Below, piece by piece: positions 51,557-62,100 of a stretch of 64,000 bases of DNA. Source of the stretch: Candidatus Latescibacterota bacterium (lineage in GTDB: Bacteria > Latescibacterota > UBA2968 > SICM01); the NCBI GenBank assembly GCA_965217865.1, contig CBDCJO010000002.1, forward strand, positions 3,328,001 to 3,392,000. Direction: 5' to 3'. Position 1 is the stretch's first letter; each line of letters opens with the position of its first letter. The notes beneath the pieces were generated by a model. That model was not told the DNA's origin, made no database searches, and saw nothing but the letters and a program-made list of their open reading frames with translations. The position numbers and the translations under genes are program-made.

Positions 51557-52753
51557 ATGTCCATGGTCCTTGGGATGGGTTTGGCCGGTTCCCTTGCAGC
51601 GTTGACCGCCCTTTCCCCGGTTTCGGGTCAGGAATATCAGCGCATCCCTGCGGCCATCCACCTGCACAGCACCTTCAGCAACGGCATCTACAGTCCGGGA
51701 CAGTTGGTGGAGATCGCTCAATCCGCGGGTATCCGGGTCGTTATCGTGACCGACCACGATACGATGCGGTTCGACTTCGGCCTTCCGCTGATGCCCTGGC
51801 TGACTAGCCGAATCGCCTGGCCGATTATCGCGTCGATGATGGACCACGGCACGTCGATTTCGGAAGAGGGATCTGAGGATTACCTTTCCCGCCTGGAGGC
51901 GGTCGGGAGGGAATATCCGGAAATGGTGGTCCTTCCCGGCGTGGAGGCGATCCCCTTCTTTTACTGGAAAGGCGATCTCTGGGACGGAACCCTGACCTTA
52001 GCGAGGGGAAACGAACACATCATGGTCATCGGCCTCGAAAGTCAGGAGGACTTCGTGAAGAATCTGTTCGGGTTGACGCCAATCTCGCCGCCTGGCGGCC
52101 GTGTCCGGAAGTATTTCCATCACATTATCCGCCTTCCCTATGTCCTGCCGGACCTGGGGTTGATCACCCAGCCGTGCCTCAATATCATCGACGCGTTGAC
52201 CGGCCAGACGCACCGGGAATGGGATGGGAGAGGTCGGATCTGTAATGCTTTGATCGCCGGGGATCAGGTGACGGCAACGGACGCGTGCGGCGCACACCTG
52301 ATGGGGCATGATCCCACGACGGACTGGCCCACGCCCCCCTTCCGGAGAGACCGAAACCATTTGTTGATCGCAGCCAAGCGGGGTTTCGGAACCGTGGACC
52401 TGAATGAGATCGACTTCGAGAGTGAAGTTAGGGCCCCCCTGGCGGAGTTCGATTCCGCGGAGACCGATACGCCTGAGACGGTTTTGAGCTGGCGCAAGAC
52501 AACCTGCGAACAAGCCTTGTTCTATCTGGATCAGAAAAAGGATATCGTAGATCGATTCCGGGGGGAGTTCGTCTTCCTTCAGGATGGAAAGGTTGTCTGG
52601 AGCGGGGACAATCCGTACCGGCTTCCCAGCAGAAGGCAATTGTGCGGAGACCACAAGGAGAAGGCCCTCTGGCTGAAACTCGTGGACCCGGATGAAGTGG
52701 AAGGGGAACAGTATCAGGTCTACGATCAGGTCCTGGCCGGGATGGCAGCGTAA
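51557..52753 (+). pseudogene. In-frame chimera: PHP-domain N-terminus plus DUF362-like C-terminus
   Basis: HLHSTFS.G, VTDHD, PGVE up to ~52050; then VKNLFG, IIDAL.G, LIAGD..ATD...AHLMG. Confidence 0.6.
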
Positions 52754-52849
52754 GGGAGGGGAAATTGCAAGGTGAAAAATGCAAAATGGAAAATGTAAAT
52801 TAAAAGGCAGGAGCAGCAACTGGGGTCGGGGATGGAAGGATGGTTTTAA

Positions 52850-52946
52850 CGAACATATAAAGTTCGATCGGGTGTCAAACCTAACCCCCTGCGCCCCCTT
52901 CCCGAAGCGGGAAGGGGGATGGCGCTTATATTTTAGCCAAATTTCA
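52850..52946. repeat. Dispersed REP/MITE-like hairpin element, copy 2
   Basis: CCTAACCCCC..CCCCCTTCCC-loop-GGGAAGGGGG with flank TATTTTAGCCAAA, matching 2098-2182. Confidence 0.6.
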
Positions 52947-53044
52947 AACACGTGATCTCCCTTCTCATAATGAATACATCCTGAGCGGAGTTCCGCGTCT
53001 TTTGCGGAACGCAGTCGAAGGACGGCTGGGTCGGAGGTCAAGGA

Positions 53045-53168
53045 AATTGAATATTGAAGATAATTGAATATTGAAGATTGAAGATTGAAGATTGAAGAGA
53101 TCCATATAGCCACAAGAAAGTCCTGAGGTTTTCAAATATTCAATTCTACGATATTCAATCTTCAATGA
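53045..53168. repeat. Heptamer array (ATTGAAG)n with a downstream inverted partner
   Basis: ATTGAAGATTGAAGATTGAAGATTGAAG then ...TATTCAATCTTCAAT. Confidence 0.85.
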
Positions 53169-53181
53169 TTCGAGGAGATCC

Positions 53182-53663
53182 GTGAAGACGATTATCGTCG
53201 TGGCGATAAGTTCCAACGGGATCATCGGGGATCGAGGCGGGCGCCCCTGGCATTATACGCAGGATATGAAGCGGTTTAGGAGACTCACGATGGGCCATCC
53301 GGTCGTGATGGGGCGTGACGGCCGAACATCGTGTTGACCAGGAATTCGGCCTACGTGGCCCCGGACGGGGTGAAGGTATGCTCGAGCCTGGAAGAGGCAA
53401 AGGCGACTTGTGAGGGGATGGGGGCGGAAAAGATGTTCGTAATTGGGGGCGCGGAGATCTACGAGCTCGCTCTTCCGGAAACCGACGAAATGGAGGTCAC
53501 CTATATCCCTGAAGAGGTCCGGGGAGACACGGTTTTTTCGGAATGGGACCCATCCGAATGGGAGGCTGTGGAATCCCGGGAGTCTGAGGATGGGCTTCGT
53601 TTTGTGACCTACAGACGAGGCCAGGGGGGGAGGGAAATGGAAAATGAAAAATGTAAAATGTAA
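53182..53663 (+). pseudogene. folA: Dihydrofolate reductase with internal deletion and frameshift
   Basis: NGIIG..PWH..DMKRFRRLTMGHPVVMGR; KTFES segment missing; NIVLTR, VIGGAEIY and GDTVF in another frame. Confidence 0.85.
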
Positions 53664-54157
53664 AATTGAAAATGCAAAAGTCAGGGGCCAGGGAATGCAA
53701 ATTTAAGGACTGGCCGGCGCTGAGCTAAGCAGGCCAGAGATAGGAGGAGGACAGAAAGTCGGACCGTCAGGTGCCGGCTTTTTCCTTAAGTAGGGGGGGA
53801 TTGCAAGTGCAAGTGCAAGTTGCAAAGTGAAAAATGCAAAATTGAAAGGCTCTCAGCCTTTGGGAGTCGCCAAAGAGATTTTGGTAGGAGCCGCCTCCCG
53901 GTGGCGGAAGCCGGTGGATCGTGATTCGGTGATCGGGAACTCCGGATTTCAAGATTTGATACTCCCCTTGGATTCTGTGGGACCCGACTCCAGTCGGGGA
54001 ATTAGGGCATCGGCCAAAAGGAAAATCCCCGTTCGTCAGCAGGAGCTGAAACCCACCCCCACCCCAGTTTCTGAATTTCCGGGAAGGGACGGTATGTGGG
54101 TAAACCAGGAAACCCTATGAATCGCCAAGCACTAAATATGAATCAAGGAGTAACGAA

Positions 54158-54691
54158 TTGAGATTCGCCCGTGCGTACATCCGGTTCGCGGATGGCCTGA
54201 ACGAAAAGATTGGGGCCGGGGTGTCGTGGTTGACTACGGTTCTGGTCCTCGTGGTCTGCTACGATGTCTTTACCCGTTATCTGCTGAAGAACAGCGTCGT
54301 GGCCGTGCAGGAACTGGAATGGCATCTGTTGGCGGTTATTTTTCTGATAGGCGCGGGCTATACCCTAAAACACGGACGGCACGTCCGGGTGGACGTGTTT
54401 TACGGACAGTTTTCCATCAGGACGAAGGCATGGGTCGATCTTCTGGGCAGTCTCCTTTTTTTAATCCCTTTTTGTCTCTTGGCGATCTGGAGCTCGCAGC
54501 AATTTGTGTTTAACGCCTTCACGATCGGCGAAACTTCGCCTGACCCCGGCGGGCTTCCTGCCCGGTTTGTGTTGAAATCCGCAATCCCTCTCGGTTTTTT
54601 TCTTGTCCTGATTCAGGGGGTTTCCGTGGTTTTCCAATCTTTTTTAAAGATTCTGGGATCCGGCGGTGACAGGAAGGAGTGCCGAGAATGA
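54158..54691 (+). CDS. dctQ: TRAP transporter small permease
   Basis: QELEWHL, HVRVD, SPDPGGLP; four TMs. Confidence 0.88.
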   Translation: MRFARAYIRFADGLNEKIGAGVSWLTTVLVLVVCYDVFTRYLLKNSVVAVQELEWHLLAVIFLIGAGYTLKHGRHVRVDVFYGQFSIRTKAWVDLLGSLLFLIPFCLLAIWSSQQFVFNAFTIGETSPDPGGLPARFVLKSAIPLGFFLVLIQGVSVVFQSFLKILGSGGDRKECRE

Positions 54692-56007
54692 CCGAGGCCA
54701 TGCCCCTGATTCTTTTCGCGGCGCTTTTCGTCCTCCTGCTGTTCGGTTACCCGGTCGCTTTCACGCTCGGGGGGCTTTCGATCATCCTTGGGGCTTTATC
54801 GTTCGGGATGGATTTCTTCAACCTGCTCCCTCTGCGCATATGGGGGGTGATGACCAACTATGTCCTGATTGCGGTCCCGCTTTTCGTGTACATGGGCGTG
54901 ATGCTGGAGAAGTCGGGTCTTGCGGAGGCGCTGCTGGAGACGATGGCGCTTCTATTCGGCAGGCTGCGGGGGGGGCTGGCGATTTCGGTGGTGGTCGTGG
55001 GGGCTATGCTGGGGGCTTCGACGGGCATCGTGGGGGCGACCGTGGTCACGATGGGTCTGCTAAGTCTTCCCACGATGATCAAGAGGGGCTACAGTCCGGA
55101 ACTGTCGACGGGAACGATTTCGGCATCCGGTACCCTGGGCCAGATTATCCCCCCAAGCATTGTCCTTGTGCTGCTGGGGAGTATTTTGAACGTGTCTATC
55201 GGCGACATGTTCATCGGTGCGGTGATTCCAGGTTTTGTCCTGGTATTTCTGTACGTTGTGTGGATCGTTACGATCGCTTTGACCCGGCCTGAATCGGCTC
55301 CCGCGATGCCCAGGGAGGAGCTCGATCTGTTCAGGAGTGAGGCCATGGTGAAAAGGATCGTGCAGGCGTTCATTCTGCCTTTCGCTCTGATTCTTGCCGT
55401 GTTGGGATCGATTTTCGCGGGGATCGCTTCGCCGACCGAGGCCGCAGCGGTCGGGGCTCTGGGCGCCACGCTTCTGACGATCCTTCAGGGAAAGTTTTCA
55501 TATCAGACGTTGAAATCGGTCATGGCCGGAACGACTCATCTGACCTGTATGGTGTTCATCATCCTGGTGGGCGCCACCTCTTTCGGCCTGGTGTTCAGGG
55601 GAATGAACGGGGACCAGTACCTCACGGATCTCATCGTTGGGGCCCAGATGGGGCCCAATACTTTCCTGTGCCTCGTGATGGTCGTCATCTTCATCGCGGG
55701 ATTTTTCATCGATTTTATAGAAATCACGTTCATCATCGTGCCTGTGGTCGCACCCATCTTCGCCGCGTTCGGGGTGGACATGCTCTGGTTGGGGATCCTG
55801 ATCGCGATGAACCTGCAGACTTCGTTTTTAACACCTCCTTTCGGGTTCTCGCTTTTTTATCTCAAGGGGGTGGCCCCTCCCGGTATTCGAACGGCTCACA
55901 TCTACCGGGGGATCATTCCGTTTATCGGCATCCAGCTGGTGGGGTTGGCCCTTGTCATCCTCTTTCCCAAAATGGCCACGTGGCTGCCGGAATATCTATT
56001 GAAATAA
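54688..56007 (+). CDS. dctM: TRAP transporter large permease
   Basis: AVPLF, GTLGQIIPPS, SPTEAAAVG, NLQTSFLTPPFG. Confidence 0.93.
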   Translation: MTEAMPLILFAALFVLLLFGYPVAFTLGGLSIILGALSFGMDFFNLLPLRIWGVMTNYVLIAVPLFVYMGVMLEKSGLAEALLETMALLFGRLRGGLAISVVVVGAMLGASTGIVGATVVTMGLLSLPTMIKRGYSPELSTGTISASGTLGQIIPPSIVLVLLGSILNVSIGDMFIGAVIPGFVLVFLYVVWIVTIALTRPESAPAMPREELDLFRSEAMVKRIVQAFILPFALILAVLGSIFAGIASPTEAAAVGALGATLLTILQGKFSYQTLKSVMAGTTHLTCMVFIILVGATSFGLVFRGMNGDQYLTDLIVGAQMGPNTFLCLVMVVIFIAGFFIDFIEITFIIVPVVAPIFAAFGVDMLWLGILIAMNLQTSFLTPPFGFSLFYLKGVAPPGIRTAHIYRGIIPFIGIQLVGLALVILFPKMATWLPEYLLK

Positions 56008-56049
56008 ATCTTCCAGGTTTTTCCCCGCCACACTATAGAGGATAATTTT

Positions 56050-56245
56050 ATGAAGTACTAAAGATATCATCACGATCTCGCCGGGAAAGCGGGGGGGGAA
56101 GCCTTGTATTCGAGGAATGAGAATAACAGTATATGATATCCTCGAATACCTTGCTTCCGATATGACTCATAAGGAAATCCTTGAGGAATTTCCCTATCTT
56201 ACAAAGGAAGATATTTTGGCATGTCTCAGCTATGCTGCTGACGCT
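56050..56245 (+). pseudogene. DUF433 protein with +1 insertion after codon 3
   Basis: KRGGKPCIRGMRITVYDILEYLA...LTKEDILACLSYAAD; ATG 56050 is out of frame by one T at 56059. Confidence 0.8.
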
Positions 56246-56310
56246 GGCCTGTGGAAGCCTACCGGTTTCGATTCAGGAGGCGAGATGATAATGGGACGTC
56301 TGGTCATGCT

Positions 56311-56486
56311 CCCTCACCCCGCCTCGCAAGGCTCAGCACCCCTCTCCCGAGTGCCGGGAGAGGGGGGGAAATCGGATGATCTGATTGTTTCATAAAGAGA
56401 ACAAATAGGTTCTTAATAGTATGTAAAATGGATGTCATCGTCCCCTTCTCCTGCTAAGCGGGAGAAGGGGATACAGGGGATGAGGG
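56311..56486. repeat. Convergent pair of REP-like hairpins
   Basis: CCCTCACCCC...CCCTCTCCC-loop-GGGAGAGGG at 56311-56368 and an inverted relative at 56441-56486. Confidence 0.65.
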
Positions 56487-56715
56487 CGTTGAATGAAAAA
56501 GGAGAAATGAACGCATTCCGTCCGGAAATAGGTGGAAGTAAAATCACGAATTTCCTCACCCCACCTTGAGTCGGCGCCTACCGCCTTCCGCGATACGTTT
56601 TAAGACATTCGTCCATCACATCTGCCTTTCGAGCTGTGCTCTCCCCGGTCGATTCACACCCCCAGGCCCAGGAACTGGTACACGATAGTCTGAATCAGAG
56701 GCTTGTGAGCGTGGG

Positions 56716-58758
56716 GTGGGAGCAGGGTTTCTGGGGCACGTCCATATCAGCGCTCATTCCAACATGAAACCAGGCTCAGGTCATCAGCCGGCCCCGGAGG
56801 ACAGCGCAATCAACACCCACACGGAACCCCTCGAAAAAAGGCCAGTGGAGACGCCTCCGCTCTCCTCAGGCCTGACTTGGCGGGCAGCCTTTATCGGCCT
56901 TCCTATGTGCAGCCTGCTTGTCTTTTTGGACGTCTCTACCCAGAGCATCGGTAGAACTTCCAGGCTGACGTGGGACGGCTTTGGTGCCGGCGCACTGTTC
57001 CTGCTGTTCACCTTGATCCTGGCCGTCGAGCTGCTGAAACGGATGAAAATCATCCGCTCAGGGATGGAGCCGAGAGAACTCCTGGTCATCTTCTCGATGT
57101 TGATAATCAGCTCGTCCATCCCCACGCTATTCTACGTCCTGCTCCCGGATCTGGCCGGGTTTACCCACTTCAGCGCTGACCAACGTCACATGGGGCGCCT
57201 GGTGGCGCCCCTGCTGCCCGAGGGCCTGACCATCGGCGATCAAGCCGCGGCGGCGGGCTTCTTTAAGGGTCTGGAGTCTGGGGAAAGCGTGCCCTATGGG
57301 GCGTGGGTCGGACCGCTGGTCCTATGGGGGGTGCTGCTCGGAGTGTTCTATTTTACCATGATGGCGCTGTTGGTGATCGTGCGGAAGCGATGGATCGAGC
57401 AGGAGCGGATCGCCTTTCCGATGGCGCAGCTACCCCTGTCCCTGATCGAGGGGACGGCCGGCGAGCGGGCCCTTCTTCGCAACGGGGTCTTCTGGTGGGG
57501 ATTTGCGATACCCGCACTGATCGGTCTGAACGGTATCCTGCGTTCCTTTCTTCCCTCCATCCCCCCGATCAACCTCTCCACCTACATCCGTTTCTACCGC
57601 AACTCGATGTGGTTGGGCTTCTACACCAATTTTCTCGTCCTGGGCATCAGCTATCTGGTCTCCCTGGAGATCCTGGGGAGCATCCTCCTCTTCAACTTGA
57701 TCGCCCACGTGCAGATCTTCCTGATCCTGGTCACGGGCAGCCCCATCATGACCAGCATGCCTCGTCCCCCCGGCGCGTATCATTCACGTCTGCACGAGCA
57801 GTCTATAGGGGCGCTGCTCGTGATGGTCGGATTCGGGCTGTATGAGGCCCGGGACCACCTAAGGGATGTGTTCCGAAAGGCCTTCGGGTTGGCCCCGGAG
57901 GTGGACGACGAGGATGAGATGCTGTCCTACCAGGCGGCGGTCCTCGGGTTCATCACCGGTGTCGCATTCATCTGCTACTGGCTCCGGCTGACGGGGATCT
58001 CCTGGTGGGTCGTGCCGATCTTCGTAGTGTTGATGCTGGTGACCTTTCTGGGCGTCACGCGCGTCCTGGCCGAAACCGGGGTCGTGCTATTGGCGCCGCT
58101 GAGCCCCATGAATATCCTCATCAATTCGGCGGGCCCGCAGATGCTGGGGGGACCCACTATGGCGGGCTTTCTCCTGGCTCAGCCCTGGACCTTTCCCACA
58201 CGGTCGCACGTCATGGCCAGCGGATCCACGGTCCTGAGGCTGACGCACCGGAGGGGGCGGCGATCCCGACCCCTAATCTATGTGTTCTTTCTGGCGCTTC
58301 TAATAGCGGGCGTCACCGCTGCGGCCACGATGCTGCATTATTCTTACGACGGGGGGGCATACGGGCTACACGGCCCCACGGGCCACGCAATCGTGATCAA
58401 AAGGAACCTGAATTGGTACGGGTCCATCATCAGTGATCCCTCCGAGGGAGAGCCCATTCGCCTCTTCTGGTCGGGCGTCGGGGCAGCCGCAATGGGCCTT
58501 CTCATCCTCGCCCGGAGGCGGCTTTTCTGGTGGCCTTTCTCTCCGGTCGGCTACGTCGTAGGCAACCTCACTCAAACGTGGCCCTGGTGGTGGGACGTCT
58601 TCCTGGCCTGGTTGGTCAAGCGGAACGTGTTGAAATACGGGGGACCGTCGCTCCACGGCAAGGCGCGAGCATTCTTTCTGGGGCTGATCATGGGGGAGGC
58701 CGTGATCGCAAGCGTCCGTGAGATCCTGGATCTCCTCCCATATCTGTTGCAGGAATGA
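56716..58758 (+). CDS. Polytopic membrane protein, DUF6785/DUF6784-like (putative peptide transporter)
   Basis: Many TMs; VPYGAW..PL..W, RKRWIEQERIAFP, RVLAETG, WWPFSPVGY, LKYGG, FLGLIMGE; start uncertain. Confidence 0.75.
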   Translation: MGAGFLGHVHISAHSNMKPGSGHQPAPEDSAINTHTEPLEKRPVETPPLSSGLTWRAAFIGLPMCSLLVFLDVSTQSIGRTSRLTWDGFGAGALFLLFTLILAVELLKRMKIIRSGMEPRELLVIFSMLIISSSIPTLFYVLLPDLAGFTHFSADQRHMGRLVAPLLPEGLTIGDQAAAAGFFKGLESGESVPYGAWVGPLVLWGVLLGVFYFTMMALLVIVRKRWIEQERIAFPMAQLPLSLIEGTAGERALLRNGVFWWGFAIPALIGLNGILRSFLPSIPPINLSTYIRFYRNSMWLGFYTNFLVLGISYLVSLEILGSILLFNLIAHVQIFLILVTGSPIMTSMPRPPGAYHSRLHEQSIGALLVMVGFGLYEARDHLRDVFRKAFGLAPEVDDEDEMLSYQAAVLGFITGVAFICYWLRLTGISWWVVPIFVVLMLVTFLGVTRVLAETGVVLLAPLSPMNILINSAGPQMLGGPTMAGFLLAQPWTFPTRSHVMASGSTVLRLTHRRGRRSRPLIYVFFLALLIAGVTAAATMLHYSYDGGAYGLHGPTGHAIVIKRNLNWYGSIISDPSEGEPIRLFWSGVGAAAMGLLILARRRLFWWPFSPVGYVVGNLTQTWPWWWDVFLAWLVKRNVLKYGGPSLHGKARAFFLGLIMGEAVIASVREILDLLPYLLQE

Positions 58759-58769
58759 TTTTAGATGTG

Positions 58770-59140
58770 TCCGGTCTGAGGGATGGAGCTTTTCAGGTAA
58801 TCCGCCCGCGTACTGGGGGCCTTGCCCGGGATGTTCTTTTGCCGGTGTTTCTGACACCGCTGTCGCAAAGTCAGTGGAGGACCTCCTGTGCGACCCCGAC
58901 CTAACCGCCCGGGTTGCCATCGGTGATGAGCAGCAGGGGGGCCTTGAGCGCTCGTCTGATCATCTCCTGCAGAAACGTCTTCCAGTTCTCGGAGCTCTCC
59001 CCCGATGACCCGGTCCCGCGCCCAAAAACATCTTGCTCCCGTCGCTTCGGATTCCGTACGCGACCAGAACCGGTTCCTTCCGCTCGGATTCCACTCGGAA
59101 TTCGACGCAGGCTCCGTCCAAAAACAGAAAGCCGATAGGT
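58770..59140 (-). mobile_element. IS256-family internal remnant, frameshifted
   Basis: FLFLDG, VLVAYGI..DG, ESSENW, ITDGNPG, QRCQKH across frames. Confidence 0.75.
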
Positions 59141-59144
59141 AGCA

Positions 59145-62100
59145 ATGGCTGGTTCTCCACACATCTCTCTTCGCATCTTCGGCAGGCTCGGCCTGGTGGC
59201 CCTTCTTTTCTGCGTGCTGGTTCTCGTGGTTGATTTCTTCCGTGGCCTGTCCACGGGGATCTCCTCGGTACCGGCCGAAAAATCCAGAGAGATCGTAGAG
59301 GCCGTTTTTCTCCCTGATGTATCGGCCGAACGTCTTCGCCGGACAGTGTCGCGTCTTTCGTCGCTTGAGTCCCGTGTGACGGGCTATGCGGGGGCCACGG
59401 ATGCGGCCCACTATCTGGAGCGCGAGTTTCGGCGTCTCGGGATGACCGATGTACGTCTGGAGCCGTTCCCCGTGACGGTTCCGATGGACCACGGGGCTTC
59501 CATAACGATTCTGGGGATCGGGGAAGAGATCCCTCTTCGGTGCGTGTGGCCCAATCTGATTCGGACACCGACCACGCTTGGTGTGCGTGGGAACTTGATA
59601 TACGGAGGGGATGGGGAGTTTGCGGATTTTGACGGGAAGGACGTCCGGGGGAATGTGGTGTTGATGGATTTCAACAGCGCGGGCCGCTGGGTGAACGCGG
59701 GGATTCTTGGAGCAGGGGCCGTGGTGTTCATAGCCCCTGACAGCACGACGACGGGTGAGGCGGAGGGCAAGTTTGCAGAGGTGCCGGTGGCGATGCCTCG
59801 TTTCTACGTGGGTCGAGAGGATGGGGATCGCCTGCTGGGACTTTCAGACAGGGGCATGGTGGTGGAGGTTCGGGGGCGAATGACGTGGGAAGTGCTGGAG
59901 GGGTATAATGTAGTGGGTCGGTTTGAGGGCGTTGATCCTGCTTTGCGGGATCAGGAGGTTATGTTATCCGCGTATTACGACGGGATGTCGGTGGTTCCCT
60001 CGTTGGCGCCCGCTGCTGAGATGGCCTGCAGCATAGCGGGTTTGCTCGAGCTGGGTGAAATGCTTCGGGCTCGTCCCCCTTCCCGGACGGTGGTGTTTCT
60101 GGCCACGTCGGGTCACTGTCAGAACCTTCGGGGGATCGACGCGTTTATGCAGCGACACAGCCGAAAGAGGGAGGACGCGACTGACCTGATGATCGAGCCT
60201 CTGTTTCCGAAGCTTTTTCTGGGTCTGGACCTATCGAGCTGGAATACCGGATTGGCCGTTTGGGATTCGCGGGAGAAGATGGGGGCAACCCAGTTCGCCC
60301 ATTCGAAGAGTTTCTTCGGGGTTTCGCTCGGCCGACGTCTGGCCGGAATGGCCGAGGGGGTGGCAGAGCGCATGGGGAAGGAGGTCGAGGATATCTTCGT
60401 CAACGTGATCGCGTCGCAGCAGAGCGATAAGGCCTGGGGGATGGTTTTTCCGGGCCGGCCCCTCGCGATTGAGAGCGAGTATGCCCTGGCGTGCGGGACA
60501 CCGGCGCTTTCGCTGATCACCTCATATGACGCCCGTCTGCGGGTGGACTCTCCGCTGGACCGGATCGAAGGTGTCAACTTCGACAACCTCCGGACGCAGA
60601 TGGTGTTCATCGGGGGGTTCCTGACCCGGGTCCTCAACGACCCCGGTGCGCTGGACGATGTTATCAACCTGGATATGGGGGACAAGGCGTGGGGGGTCAA
60701 GGGCCGAGTGAAGGCCTTTTCGCGGTACGCCATTACGCCGGACATCGAGCTGGGGGGGGCGGTGGCGGCGCTCCGCTCGGGCCGGGAGTCCAAGTCTCAC
60801 AAGGGCGTGCGAGGGGAGTATATCGAGCTCGCGGACGAACACGGGGTGTTCGAGGTGACCCGGCTTTTCCGCGAGTACGGGCTGGAGGTTCATGCCTTCA
60901 TACTGGACCGGACCACCGGGGATATTACGTTTGCTCCCGACCGGGGCGAGAGTACCTATCCGCTGGAGCTACGGCCGAAGTGGCGGGGAACGGAGCTGCC
61001 TCTTACCGTTCTGTTTCGGTCTGTGCCGACTTCGTTCTACGAGACGGTGGACCCCAGGCAACTGGGCAGGCTGTCCGACATCGTAGTGATGGATGAGGGG
61101 AATTCGGCGCCCTCACACTACGGTTACTTTTTCGAAAAGGCCGACGTGCGGTATCGAGATGAAGAGCCCACCATGGGTGTGGTGTTCACGGAGCCGGGGA
61201 AGCGCGTGAAGCTGACCCTGTCCACGGGGCTGTTCGGGGTCCGGTTCATGCTGTTGAACGTGGGACCCGAGGGCGGAGAGGGCGAAGGTTTCCTGGCCGA
61301 GGAGCCGTCAGCCTTTATGGAGACAGCGTTCACGGCGGCGCGTGACATGTGGCGTCTGGACGAGGGTCGAATACAGGAGCTGAGCTCCTACGGGATCCAG
61401 AACACGCGGTTGACTGCGCTTCACGACAAGGCTGGGGCCCTTCTGAGAAAGGCAGAGGAGGCGAGGGAGGACCGCCGGTGGAGCGACTTTGTGGAGCACG
61501 CTCGCGCTGCCCAGGGCGTTGAGGCGCGTGCGTATCCGGATGTGAAGGGCACGCAGAACGACGTGATCCGGGGTGTGGTGTTCTTTATGGCGATGCTGAT
61601 CCCGTGTGCGTTCTTCGCGGAGCGTCTGGTGTTTGCGTTTCCTGACATCCGGAAGCAGATCGGAGGTTTCTTCCTGTTCTTTTTCGGGGTGTGGATCTGC
61701 CTGAGCGTGGTTCATCCGGCGTTTTCGCTGGCCAATCCCGCGCTGGTGCTGATCGCGTTTTTGATCCTGGCCCTTGCGACGCTCGTGTTGAAGCTGGTAT
61801 CGGGTCGATTCATGGCGCAGATGCGAGCGCTTCGGACGGACGCGGCCGTGGCTCACGGCACGGACATAGGCCGTGGAGGGGCGTTTTACGCGGCGTTTAT
61901 GCTGGGCATCTCGAACATGCGCCGTCGGAGGATGCGCACGGCCTTGACGCTGGCGACGGTCTTGTTGTTGACTTTCACGGTGATGTCTTTTACGTCTTTG
62001 AAGTTCATGCTTCGTCATATGCGGATACCGTGGACGGAGGGTGATTTCCGTGCGGGGGTTTTGATTCGGGATGGCGCCTGGAACATTTTGGACGACTCTG

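Noticed and set aside
51998-53225. Long minus-strand ORFs with SIFNLQ-type repeats
   Set aside because: Antisense to the PHP/DUF362 ORF and to heptamer repeat tracts; no protein motifs
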